NCBI GenBank assembly: GCA_013239625.1
Contig: MU054026.1
Coordinates: 496,001 to 560,000, forward strand
Origin: Lama guanicoe
Taxonomy: Eukaryota
Length of the DNA stretch: 64,000 nucleotides
Reading direction: 5' to 3'
Positions 1-12,130 of this stretch are shown piece after piece; position 1 is the first letter of the stretch; the number at the start of each line of letters is the position of its first letter. Both the position numbers and the translations under genes were made by a program. The notes under the pieces are model-generated. The model had not been told where the DNA came from and made no database searches. It saw only the letters and a program-made list of their open reading frames with translations.

Positions 1-170
1 TCAAGTAGTTAATTTCTTCCCTTCGGCGGTGGTTTTTAGCATCTGAGAAACTCAAGAAATATACATGACACACTATTGTCTGGGTACTTCATAGAGGAGC
101 TACAGCAGGGGGGTGGGGATGTGGATGGGGTCTGACCCTGGAAGTCCCCACAGGGTCCTGCTCAGTTACA
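1..170 (-). mobile_element. ERV-type LTR, 5' part, truncated by the window edge
   Basis: The minus strand begins TGTAACTGAGCAGGACCCTGTGGGG, a typical ERV1-class LTR start (TG terminus). Confidence 0.55.
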
Positions 171-844
171 AGACGTTGCTCAAATATATACATAATACTT
201 TTTTTGGACTGAGGGGAGTATCTAGTCAAAAACATTTGGAGATAACCATCCAATCTCCTTTACTGGCTGGTATGTTTATTGCCTTAGGAAGTCACAGTAA
301 CAGAGGCAGTTCATCTTGCAGTCAGGAACTATTTTATGAATAGCTAGTCAGTAAATCATTTTGTGCTGAACTTTACAACAGAAACTAAGCAAGGTGAGTG
401 ATGACCTTTGTCCTCAAAGCACTCCCATAATGGAGAAGAGTGACTTGCTGAGGACAGGGGAACATGCATCCAATCTCTCCAAGCCCAGTGTCTGTGCCGA
501 GCCTGCCAAGGAGATGGGGGTCAAGAACGGTGGCAGAGGGGAGGAGTGTCAGACAGAAGCCAAGGGAGAACCCACAAGGGGCAGCAGTGGTCACAGGGAA
601 CTTGAAAGGAAGGGAAAACTTACATGCTGAGAGCCTCTGTTTCACCTGTGAACTTCCAAACGCAGCTGGCTTCTTTTTCAGACGCCCCCACACAGGACCC
701 AGTGGCCAAAAAGGGCTCCTTGAAGGATGAGAGCAGACACATCCATCCGTCAAGCACCATCCATCATGATATTCCCCTGCTCCAGAATGTTCCTTCTGTC
801 TCCTTTATTAGCTCTCTTTTTGAAACATTTCTATGATGTTACAG

Positions 845-933
845 CCCACAGTGCAGGAAGGTTCCCTTTTACTCACAGACTCTCCAGCATTTATTATTTG
901 TAGACTTTTTGATGATGGCCCTTCTGACCCGTG
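845..933 (-). mobile_element. Short LINE-1 ORF2 fragment
   Basis: CAGTGCAGGAAGGTTCCC...CTCTCCAGCATTTATTATTTGTAGACTTTTTGATGATGGCC matches the same L1 segment seen at about 34630-34710. Confidence 0.75.
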
Positions 934-934
934 A

Positions 935-2620
935 CACTGGTCTGTTGAAGAGAACAGGTCATTTGCCCTGTAGAATGAACTACCTTTGGGATTTGTCTGG
1001 CTTGTGGTGTCATATAGCTCACATATTTCCTATATGCTGGAAACTAAGTCAAAAGGCTTCATGAATTCAAGTTAAACATTTCTGGCTTTTAGTTGATTTT
1101 CGATATATAAGTTTGTAGTTTTCCGGAAGATGCATAATATTTGGTTGACCTGTCATTAGTAAGACTAACATCGGCCTCTGGAATAAGTTTAGTAAAGTTG
1201 ATTCAGTCCTTCCATTGTAGAATTATGTTGTTTTTTTTTCTCTTGGGATGAGAAAGTCTTCTGTATAGTATGACTTTGAACTATGTGACTGTATTACTGT
1301 ACAAACCATTCACCTTCCAGTTTTGACATCGGTTGGTAATCCTTTCCTCAAGCAGTTAATTTAATCATAGTTTCTAAAATTTTAAAAATTCCACCACTCC
1401 TTCATTTGTTAGCTGACACTTCTCTGTGAAGAAGAACTTTCTCCCACAAAAGTGGGCTAATTTATTACTCTGAAACCCAGTTCCTACCAGAAAAGCAAGC
1501 TAAATGGTCAACTGTTTTCCTTTATTTCCCAATTTTCAAAGGCAGGAGTAGTGTTAATACTTACCTCCCATGGTGACCAGTGAGATTTCTATGACTTTCT
1601 TTTTTTTTTCATAGTATCATCATGTACTCATTGGTTTTTCATTGATTCAATCTGTTTCAGTCCACTAAACTCATTACTCTTTTCGAGGTCGAAATTGTCA
1701 CAACTTTGACCAGTGTGGCTTCTCCACACTGGCTTGTGGGTGTTTGACACAGTCCCATCCATCTTTGCAGGCACCTTTCTGGCACAAGAGGTCCTGGGTT
1801 CCCCTTGCTCCCTTTCTCACTTAGACTGGAATCAATCATTTCTCCAGGGAGCCTTGGTTTCTTCTCATGGAGAATCGTTATAGAGGCCACAATCTGGGCA
1901 TGAGGGATTTTTTTTTTAATTGAGTTATAGTGTACAGCACAATGCTTCAGTCATATATGAACATACATATATTCATTTTCATATTCTTTTTCACCATGAG
2001 CTACTACAATATCTTGAATATATTTCCTGGGCATGAGGGATGTTAATTGCTGTTAATACATTTCTTCTAGGGCTTTTCAGGGTCTTTAAATGTATATTTA
2101 AGAAGTCATAAGCTCATATTTCTAATTTAAATTAATATGTAAATGTCAGAGTGTATTCACGTCTTCTTATTTTATACGTGTATTTTTTGTTTTACACTGA
2201 ATGTTTTGATTCATAAAACGTCATTAATAACTTGTTTTAATAAACATTTAAAAAAGTCTGAGGATACCAATGCCAGTTTTATGACATAGTGGATTTTTTT
2301 CCCTTTTCTTTTCTTTTCTTTTCTTTTTTCTTTTTGGTTGGGCTTTTTTCCCTTAGAATATCCAATATTGTATTAAGTATTCACAGTCAAAATACTGTAT
2401 TTTCAATCCTTTGGATGAAATCTTTTTGCTATTACCAATTTGATATATAGTTAGGCTCATTTGTTTCAACTTGAGGTGTTTTGTTTTTCTGACTTAATTT
2501 TCTTGAAAAGTTAATGTATCTATGGAATTAAATGGTAAAAACAATATATAATGTATACACAGAAAAGTCGTGGTTTTGTTTCCCCCTCAGTAATTTCACG
2601 TAACCATTTAATATTCTAGT
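935..2620 (-). mobile_element. Old LINE-1 (L1MC-like) 3' region, degenerate
   Basis: GAAGAGAACAGGTCATTTGCCCTGTAGAATG...GATTTGTCTG resembles the L1MC4/5 3' UTR; a similar segment occurs at about 43465. Boundaries approximate. Confidence 0.55.
1909..2026 (-). mobile_element. Young, 5'-truncated LINE-1 3' end
   Basis: Poly(T) plus L1 3' UTR, flanked by a perfect 15-bp TSD CTGGGCATGAGGGAT (1894-1908 and 2027-2041). Confidence 0.9.
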
Positions 2621-3426
2621 TTATTGTTTCAGTGTTTCTTTTTAATATATATTTTCTCCATAGACCATACACAACATTCTGTGTTTCGCTTTTTGTTATA
2701 GAACATTTATTGATGATCTTTTCATACCAACACCTGAATACTATCCTCACCCTTTTATACCTCTGCAGAGCGGTGTTCTGGAAGGTCTCTCCCAGGTGAA
2801 GAGGGAGGATCAAAGCAGGAGGGGAGTTAAGAAAGCAAAAGCCAGGCTTTGTTGCTGTGGGCATCACAGCAAAGCCAGAACAAGGCAGAAAGTCCAGGTT
2901 GAGGGTGGGGATGGGGGCAGGGGAAGAGGAGGATGCTTTGGACTAAACACGATTTTCTCAGGCTCCATCAGACAGCTGCCTTCCTTTTCAGGGGGCTAAA
3001 ACTTTCTCCAGAAACTGAATCCTGCTTATTCAGGACTTACTTACCTTACTAATGACAAGGTTCAGGGCTGTCTGCCATGGTGAGCCTGCAAATGAGAAGG
3101 GCCAGCCAGCATTCCTTAGCAGGTGTCAGAGCCACCTCCAACGGAATCTGATGAGAGGTTGCTGAGGTCAGGCCTTGTCTCCTGTATGGAAGTAGAGCGA
3201 AGACTGGTATCACTGAAGTTGTTGTCCCTTTATGATCAGGTCCTGAAGTTTTGTGCTTAATTGATGGAAGCAGGCTAATACAGAGTCCAGGAATACAAAC
3301 TTCATGGCCATGCTCACTTGTTACTTTAGTCATTCATTTATTCAGTGTATGTTTATTGATGGTCTTCTATTTCCAGACAACTTAGCTAGGCAAAGTAAGA
3401 CATAATCCTGCTTTAAGAATCTTCTT

Positions 3427-3562
3427 GGAAGCAGGGCATAGTTCAAGTGGTAGAGCGCCTGCTTAGCACCCATAAGGTCCTGGGTTCAATCCCCAGTACC
3501 TCCTCTAGGAATAAATAAATACGGAAAACTTAATTACCTGCCCCCCCAAAAATTAAAAAAAA
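3427..3562 (+). mobile_element. Vic-1-like tRNA-derived SINE
   Basis: A box (TAGTTCAAGTGG), B box (GGTTCAATCCC), AAAT linker and A tail; imperfect TSD AATCTTCT. Confidence 0.9.
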
Positions 3563-4917
3563 TCTTCTCACATACAGCAGTCTGGCACTAAACACATTTC
3601 AACGTGCATCCCAATTACTCTTATTTATTCATAACACAACTTGCTCTGTTGTTCTAAAATGAACATCAGAAAATGTACAAACTATTTATAGAAATACAAG
3701 TAGAAATTCTAATACTTTCTTCCTTTGAATGGTTTGTGAAAACTATTGACCACCATACCAATGCAATAGGGGCTATTACAAGTGGTTGGACGTCCAAGTG
3801 GAAACTGGGCCAGTTTGTCAAGGGTCTTCTTACTGGGTGTCCACACACCGAGATCTTACCTCTAATGTGAACACGGAGTTGTCAAGTTCAGCTAAATCGG
3901 AAGGATCTTTTATTTTGTTAAACTAAGACTTAAAAAGTCAACAAGTTTTTTGGAGGGGAGAGCAGGAAATGACTATATGCAGTGTAAGCCACCTGGTTAA
4001 AGGCAAAAGGTCCTGAAATTTGTCCCCGCTTCACCTGTTAGAAGGGCCTGGCAATGATCCTGCCTAGTGGGGCTAAGGGGCCAGTTTGATCCAGGCTGTG
4101 TGTTTTCCTGGGTGCACCGTAGTATTCTGAGTTGATGCGAGTATGTCTTGCTCCTTGAGTCAAAGGCACTGTTACTAAGGCTTAGGGTATGTTAAACCTT
4201 CACTCAAAACAAAGCCTTTAAACACTGAACATCAGTTAGTTGAATTTGGTAAAGAATTTTTTTTCTCCTCTCCAGTGATCTCTGACAGTGGCTGCCTTCA
4301 GCTCTGTGATACTGCAATGTTTGTGACCTGAGTCTTGGTAAAGTTGATTCTTTATGAATTGTGGTGTTTTGGGGTTGGCGTGGTGTGAAAGACTCCATTT
4401 TCCTGAAAGGCTTATTTCTCTCTTGAAGCCCTGGGTGAAAGATGAGCGTCCTCATTGTGCAGAGGCAGGAGAGCCATGATCATTGAATCATGCAGAGATC
4501 ATTAAATACCTCGGTGGCAACCGCAGATTGGGACACCGTGTTAATCACTCATGTCCCACACTGTGTGAGTTACAGTAAGACAGAAATATTAGTGCTAGGT
4601 CAGAAATCTAAACCTTTTTTTCTTTTAAACGTCAAGCTTTCTATCCACCCTGTTTGAAGAGAAATTTAAACAAAGTATTTTTCACGTTTCCATAGGAGAT
4701 TTGTTTTAGAAATAAAAGAATGGTTTCTAATTTCCACAGTTGTTTGAATATAACTGGGCACTGCTAAAATGGTTGGAAATCACTCACAAAGATTGTTTAA
4801 ATATCTCTTGCTCCACCCCCCAGGAATTTACTTCACAATATTTATCTACTCAGCAAAATTCTCCTCATGGACACTTCAGAGGGAGACTTCAGTCTCAGTC
4901 AGAACTATTTAGATTTT

Positions 4918-5032
4918 TTTTTTATTGAGTTACAGTCAGTTTACAATGTTGTGTCAATGTCTGGTGTACAGTGCAATTTTTCAGTCATACATGAATATAC
5001 ATATATTCATTTTCATATTCTTTTTCACTGTG
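4918..5032 (-). mobile_element. Young, 5'-truncated LINE-1 3' end
   Basis: Poly(T) plus TTATTGAGTTACAGTCAGTTTACAATG; TSD ACTATT(T/C)AGATTTT at 4904-4917 and 5033-5046. Confidence 0.9.
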
Positions 5033-5867
5033 ACTATTCAGATTTTAGGCAGCGCAATCTGAATTACAGACACCATAGTGAACTGTAGGTTCAGGGTCTG
5101 CCTGACAAACAGCAAGGAGCCAAGGCTGGTGATGAGACAGAAGGCCTCTGGTGGGTTGTTTTGCAGGCTCTCTGCTCCCTCTTTATGGGATCTGTAAAGA
5201 AGACTAAAAAAATAAATAAATAAAGCTCTCTCGTGAGTCCCCATTTGCAATATTAACATAATAACATTTACATACATTTACTTATAGAGTCTATGTATTT
5301 TCCAAGGAGGAAAGACATCAGAATTAAGCCAGATCATTTTATTTCTCCACCCATATTATGAACAAAACAGTTGCTTTCCTTGCCTCTGGGGTGGAAAGTT
5401 TTGGTTGTCTTCAACTATGCTGGGGATAAAACTGACTGAAATTATGGCATCTAATTATGGTATTAAAGATCAAGTGATGTTACCTTGATACAACTCTTGG
5501 GATTAATGAAAACGAGGTTGGAAATTGGAGTTTTCCTAAGAAGCATTCAGTCATTCGTGTGGCATTAAAACAGCAGAGAGATGGTGCCTTCTTTGAGATG
5601 ACCACCATCGCCCGTTATCCGCAGCAGCATCCAAGCACACTTCCGCTCTTAATTGGGTACCGTGTGATGAATATGCATGTCCTAAGCACTCTGCACCCGA
5701 CCCTCCTTCTGTAGCCCTTTCATCATTCGATGTGTTTATCTGTGTAATTATTTCATTAGTCTCTGTTCACTCAGGCCACCTGCTCCAGGAAAGCAGAGAC
5801 CATTTCTGGTTTACACTCAGTTTCTGCACAGGAACTAGCAACTAGCAGTGCTAAATACGTACTGGCG

Positions 5868-6000
5868 GAAGGCAGGATAAAGAAGGGAAGGGAAGGGAAA
5901 GGAAAAAAGAACAAAGTAAAGAAAAAAAGGGAAAAAAAGGAGGGAGGGAGGGAAAGAGAGAGGGAAAAAGAAAGGAGGGAAGGACTGAATATAAAAAGAA
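5868..6000. repeat. GA-rich low-complexity purine tract
   Basis: (GGGAA)n, (GGGA)n and A runs are directly visible. Confidence 0.85.
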
Positions 6001-6106
6001 CAGTGCCACTGTCGTCCTTGAATTCTTGGTCAGGGCTCCTCAAATGTTCCGGAGAGGCGAGTGATCTTAGTTACTCAGTCTTCAGATTCTGGGGCATGAG
6101 AAGTTG

Positions 6107-6236
6107 TGAGTGACCCCAGTTCTGTTTGCCTGACTCAGTTGTCGTTCGCTCCTGTTGAGTTGGCATAATTGTTACTGAAGTCTTAACTGCAGTCTCAAAA
6201 GTGGCCTGACTTTGGCAGACACATTATATGGTAATT
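6107..6236 (-). mobile_element. MER94-like non-autonomous hAT DNA transposon
   Basis: Degenerate GGGTGACC-type termini; internal TCTCAAAAGTG...ATTATATGGT; homologous to 49279-49406. Confidence 0.6.
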
Positions 6237-6360
6237 CCAAGCAAGGGGATGTGGAAGATGGGACCTTCTAGAATTTAGCTCTATCCACTGGCCTCTCTTA
6301 CTGACCCAGCCCTTCTCTGTTTTTATAAAACATGGGCCCAGGCTGCATCCCACAAAGCTT

Positions 6361-6904
6361 TGTAGGGGAGGAAATATAATTTTCCCTCTACCCTTCTGAG
6401 TTCTTGGCTACAACTCCTATAATAAAACAGAGATTGACAAGGGAAAATAGAAATTGCTTAAAATTTATTAGTATGTGAACCTCATGCATACACGGGGGAA
6501 ACCTAGGAAAAATTAATAGGTCAAAGAGGGGGCTTTAGAACTCATCTTAAAGAGATAGGGGAGGGGGTATACAGGTCTTAGGGAGGAGCAAATGATTTTT
6601 AGGAAAGATGAATGGGCCCTCAGAAGGCTGAATGGGAGGTAAGAGCTTGTGACATAGTGTGTCTGGGTGAGGTGTCGACCTCCAGCCCCCTCTCCTGTGA
6701 TGAGTCCACCTTCCCAGTTGCTGAAACTCCTGGGAAGGGGATTCATGACAGCTGAGCTCCTTTCAGATGGTCTGTCTTTAGGCAGATGAGCAGAGTTCAG
6801 AGGAAGCATCTCCCTGTATTTGTCATTTTTCAAGTGCTTACAGCACAAAATAATTAATATAGCAAAGTGGCATAGTTTGGGGTGGCGAACTCTGCTTCCC
6901 TTCA
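6361..6904 (-). mobile_element. Solo ERV1 LTR, MER34-like
   Basis: TG...CA termini and 4-bp TSD GCTT (6357-6360, 6905-6908); the minus strand starts TGAAGGGAAGCAGAGTTCGCCACCCCAAACTATGCCACTTTG. Confidence 0.85.
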
Positions 6905-7524
6905 GCTTCCACCTCGTTCAGCTGGCCCCGTGGGCACTGATCTACAAAGATCTTTGAATCAAACACATCATTTAACAATTTTTTTTTATTCTTCCAAGTT
7001 ACCAGTTCTGGCTTCAGTTTCTTGGATGCCAAACAGAACTGAAACACCTGGAAGACGCGATACGCTTCAAGGGTCTTAGAGATGCTCTTGGTTCTCTCCT
7101 GTTTGTGACTTTCTGCAGCAACCAGAGCACTTGTTTTCACTACTGGATAAGAGCAACAGGGAGTGACATAAGAGCGAGTGGTGTAATTTGGATTGATTCG
7201 TTCCATACGATATCAAAACATTAAGGCAGAAAAGAACCCTTTCAGTGAATTATCTGTATCTTTGGGTTACGTGACATCCATCATACAGATGTGTGATTTG
7301 GAAATAGCCAAAATGTTCTGAGCTTCTACTGTTTATCTGATGTTTTCCTCACCATACATAACTAATACTTGTCTGGCTTTATGCCTCCTTTGGAGAAGCA
7401 GCAAGCTCTGTCTTGCCAAGATTTCAACTGTCAGTTATAGAGAAGGAAATTAACTCTCAAGTGAAAATGGAACTGTGAGCAGGCTGCTCAGCTGATCGTA
7501 GACTGAACTTCAGATCTAAGAGGA

Positions 7525-7615
7525 GCTTGTGGGTTTATCACATTCTCATATTGGTGATGAAGAAGTTGAAGCTCAGAGAAGTCATACGGCTTGGCAAAGG
7601 TCACACAGCTGGTGG
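7525..7615 (-). mobile_element. MIR SINE core fragment
   Basis: GATGAAGAAGTTGAAGCTCAGAGAAG...AAGGTCACACAGCT is the reverse MIR core. Confidence 0.7.
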
Positions 7616-9164
7616 CATAACCATGTCACCTCTATTCCATGCTGCTGCCTAGGTCGACTGCGGACAAAGCACGCACCACACTCTGATTTCTGGTGCTTTC
7701 GATGCTGAGCAGAAGCCAGAGCTCTTGCTTCAAAAGGAGTTAGGCTGCAGCAGGATGGACGAGGACCATCACAGCAGGCTCTGAGTCATGTGAAATTTGG
7801 GCTTCTGGCTGGAACTGACCTCAGTCAGTCACTGGCTCCTTCTGCTGGGAAGGAGGTAGTGCAATGTTTTAGTTGTTGCTTAATTGTAGCAATGGGTTGA
7901 TATTTTGAACAAATTCAGTTTTCTTTCCTTCAAATCTTTGTTTCTGGTCTGGTTAATTGAATTGGGCACTTGATTCGTCATATCCAGCACCAAGGAAAGA
8001 TACAGGCTTCTCTTTTCAGACCCACCTGTGGTCCCCAGCCCCTGCTATCTCCTATATCCCAAGCCACGTAGTCCAGACATCTTAATTATGTAATTACTTG
8101 GAAAGATTCCGATAGTGTCTGCCTATTGAAGGTCTGGGGAATACATACCACACCCCTCCGATTAGGGCTGGTTAGGGATGATCAGAGAAATACCTGATAT
8201 CAAGGTCTTTTCACATTTCTTTCTGCATTGATTGTCCAAAAGGTGATTATTGTGGCTGCTCGGCCGGCTGCTCTCATTAGGAATCCATTGATTGGAGGTT
8301 GGTTATGGTTCCGCACGCCAAGCTAAATGTGCTGTTTTTGATTCATTGTGTGAGGAGCCAGATAAGAAAAAGGAAAATTAAGGCCAGTATTTTATCGTCC
8401 AAGCTGTGCTGAAATTTCTCTACCTTCTTACTACTTCCTTAGCTCCCTCCCCAAAGAAACAACATTAATTAGTCTTTTCAGCTCTGCAGTCTTTGGAAGC
8501 AATACTCTTGATCTATTGAAGGCTGCATTATTAAAATTATCTGCTGTGTCTGTCCTTAATAAGGTCAGAGAAGGAATCTATGAGGGCTGATTCATCACAA
8601 AGGCCCTGGGGATGCACACCACTGAGAAAGCCAATTGTATTTTCCTGTTGCAAGACAGAACTGGGTTGCAACCTCCCTTGCTTCTCAGAAAATCAAAGCC
8701 CCGAGAATCCACCATTAATTTGGAGAAAGGCTTGATCAGTTCATCTGGTCTTTGTGGAGGGTTCCTCATGAACAGGCCACCTGTAAGGGATGCAGTGATG
8801 AGGGAGGGTTTTAACTCTTTAAGTGAATAATAATTCCTCTTGAGAGATGCTTGTCAGAATAGATTTCCCTCTGAGCTCTCAGCTTACATTTCTTTAATAG
8901 TTATTAATGCCACCATATTGGCAGTGATAAAATCTCTCCAAAGAGGATTTACTACTACATTCACTCAGCAGGATTTAGGAAGACACGATGCAGGGAAAGA
9001 GAATTGATTTTTCCTCTTTCAATAGAGAACAATGATGGGGACATTGGTGTGTCTCGCAGCCTAAAATCTGTAAATTATTTCAAAATTTCACAGGATATTC
9101 CCCATAATGTCCTCAAAATGTATAGGCTTCTATCTTGGTCTATTTACCTTAATTTGTGTTTTCT

Positions 9165-9598
9165 TGAGGTGGGAAGCCACATGTACATACTGGCAGGACC
9201 CCCAGGCAAGGCCACTACTTTCCCGCCTGCACTATCCTGTTCCCTGGCCAGGCAGCATTATCTTGCTTTTGTGCTTCTGTAAAACGGCTTGCTTCTAGGA
9301 AAGCAAAACTTACCCCGAATATTCTATTGGTTCCCAAAGCTCACTCCTGATTGGTCCATTTCTTACACCTACTCTACATATGATGTTGCAAAATGTTGCA
9401 AAATCTCAACTGGTAGCCTATAAAAGCCTGTGTAAACCTACAGACGGGGTCCAGAGCTTGGAGTGTTAACTCCTCTGGGCCAGCTGGCATAGTAAACCTG
9501 AGTTCTCCAACCCTCTGAGTGCTGCTTGGTCTCTCGCCAGGATCCAGGTTACTGTCACACTGAGCTATAACACTTTGCTGTAACACTTTGCTGTAACA
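9165..9598 (+). mobile_element. Solo ERV LTR with retained promoter elements
   Basis: TG...TGTAACA termini; two ATTGG (inverted CCAAT) at 9326 and 9350; TATAAAA at 9419-9425; AGTAAA at 9491; near-TSD TTTCT/TTTCC. The 5' boundary is less certain. Confidence 0.75.
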
Positions 9599-11959
9599 TT
9601 TCCAGAAAGAGTTTGTTTCCTATTTACTAAAAAAAAAAGAAAAGAAATGTAGAATGTAGTTCTGAAATTTGGGAGACAATCAGTGTAGGAAAAAAGACTG
9701 GTGTTTGGCTCCATTAGGCTCCAAACGCAAAGTAAGTAATAGCGAATATTTGCTAACTTGTGGATAGTCTGCCGAGATAAAAAGCTAAAATCCCCCCTGA
9801 GTCATTTCAATACAGCTTCCACTTACAGCAAGTAATTGAACTTGATCTTTAACATAATAGATTTCTTAAATCAGTGTAACTGTCTAACTGTGGAGTCTGA
9901 ACATTGAATGTTCTCTGAGCTCCTCCTTCACAGCAAATGCAGACGCGTTATCATCCAGCCTCCAGCTGTGGGGCTGTGTTAATTTTTTTTTCCATCTCCA
10001 GCTTGCAATGATATTTCTTAGAGTATGTGAAAAATTTTGGCCTCACACTAGCCAAGTAATAGGTATGTTAATAAAATGAGTGGTGGAGTATGTTCTATTT
10101 TCAGATTCCTCTTGGCTGAGAACTCCATGGAAAATCTTGATTACTAGGTCATATCAGGGAGCTTTTTATTCATCTTACTTAAAAATATATCTAGCAATTT
10201 CTAGAAGGTTCCGGCCCTTTGTTTGGAGTTGGAAGTATGAGGCGACCTAAACAGGGACCTCTATCCAGCCAGTCTGATTAGATTAGTAGAATGTGTATGA
10301 CACATGGAGGAGACAAAAAGATTTCCCAGTTGGATGTGCCACAGAATTGAAAAGATGGGAGCCTGTTCAGGAATTTGGTCTGCTTGAAGGTTTGAAGGTG
10401 AGTGACTGGAGGAGAGCTTGAGAACTAAGGAGGGAGGGGCCAGGCCATCCAGGGCTTTATAGATCAAAACTGGGGAGGCTGGATACCTTGCTGTGTGGCC
10501 AGCAGAAAAATTTGACCTGGGATGAAAATATTACCCTCACTGTTTAGAAAGTTTGTGGCTTAAATCCAAAGAAAAAACCCAGGAATTCAGGCTCCAATAC
10601 ACCCCACATCGAAAACAACCCAAGGTCTAGCCCTGGCCGTTGCATTATTCTATTGAGGGCTTTTTAATATTTTTTCAATTATTTCAATAACAGATGTGGA
10701 GGACACATACCAGTTGGGAGATTACTAATTTTTATTCCTCACTGCTCAGCATCACAGAGAAAACTATCATTTGCATGGCTCTAGGAAGATTGCTCTTCAG
10801 GTGGGATAAAATATCTTGCATGTGTCTTCGTTTGATTTCTTATTTACATAGTAGCTCTCTGTTCAGCAAGGAACACCCTGCATGGCTTCCCAATGCTGAC
10901 CTGGATTCACTTATAGCTGCCCTAAATTGTGTTATCATGGTATACCAGTTGTTCAGTATTCAGGTGTGCTCCTCTGTAACTTAATATTATGATTTATTTC
11001 TGACTTGGCTTTTCTTGATCAAATGCTACGCTGACTTTCCCAAAGAGGTCCACGTAGAAATGTGCTACATGGGAAAACTGCAGTTTGGCCTCAGGGCAAA
11101 AACATGAATACCCACCCGGGGACACGAATACAGGGCAGAAGAAGTAGTGACATGAATACTTCAGCTGCCAACAAAATTAATCCATTCCTTTGCCTCGTGT
11201 ATACTCTTAACTGTTGTGAGTGACTTCAAATTTTAATAGAAAATAGAACTAGGAAGTAATTTTTGTCTGCTCCCAACCTGTCCTTGCAATCTCAAAGTTC
11301 GAAATTTCTCTTGAAAACTGACATTTCCATGTTATCTTCGGCCAATGCAATCAAGTTTTAAGGTGTGTGGTGCTCAGATACTACCTACAAAGCAAATATT
11401 TCTTGCTATCTATTTCTGAATGATTTGAATGCGCTCGAAGTAAATGACTCAGAGATGGATTCAATGTCCCTTGAAATACACCCAAACTTAATAATCAGGA
11501 GAAGAGTGTTTGAATAAACACATTTAGAGGGTTATCGAGCATAGACAAGCTTAGATGGTTCATATTTTGAAAAGACAGTGAGTCTGTGACACGTGCTGGG
11601 AGCTGAGCTGATTTTACCATAAATTAAAATGGCAGGGGAAGCATTTGTTTTATCGTTCAGTTAAGCAGGAGGAATTCATTCATTCCTAGGGAGACGAATG
11701 CTCAGACAACCCTAAAAATCAGAACAAGAGAGAGTAAGAAAGCGTTACCATTCAAGAATATGAAATCACTTCTTTCAGAAACTTTTAGGATTTAATACTG
11801 TTTTTTTCTGTTGTTGTTGTTGTTGGTAATGTCAAATGAAAATCTTCCCTGAAGCAGCAGATACGTAGATGACTCTTAACATGCCACCCAGAGCAACATC
11901 CCTTTGTGTATTTCCAAGTCCCTTCCTTCAGTTTCTCCAGGGCTCAGCATCCTGTTGGA

Positions 11960-12130
11960 CAGAGTGAGGCATGGAGGAACAGGCTTCAGATCCTGGCTCT
12001 GTCATGGGCTCCCTCTCTTGATCTTGAGCAAAGGTGCTTAGTATCTCCGAGCCTCAGTTTCCGCATCTGTCAGTGAGCAGAAGGGAAGTGTCAGCCTCAC
12101 TAGGTTGCTCTGTGGGCTGAGTGAGGGTCA
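11960..12130 (+). mobile_element. MIR SINE
   Basis: GATCTTGAGCAAA...CTCCGAGCCTCAGTTTCCGCATCTGT core. Confidence 0.7.

Noticed and set aside
3427..3500. tRNA gene (also at 15700, 16950, 32260, 35663, 55721)
   Set aside because: The tRNA-like heads carry SINE tails and TSDs and differ from each other; they are SINEs.
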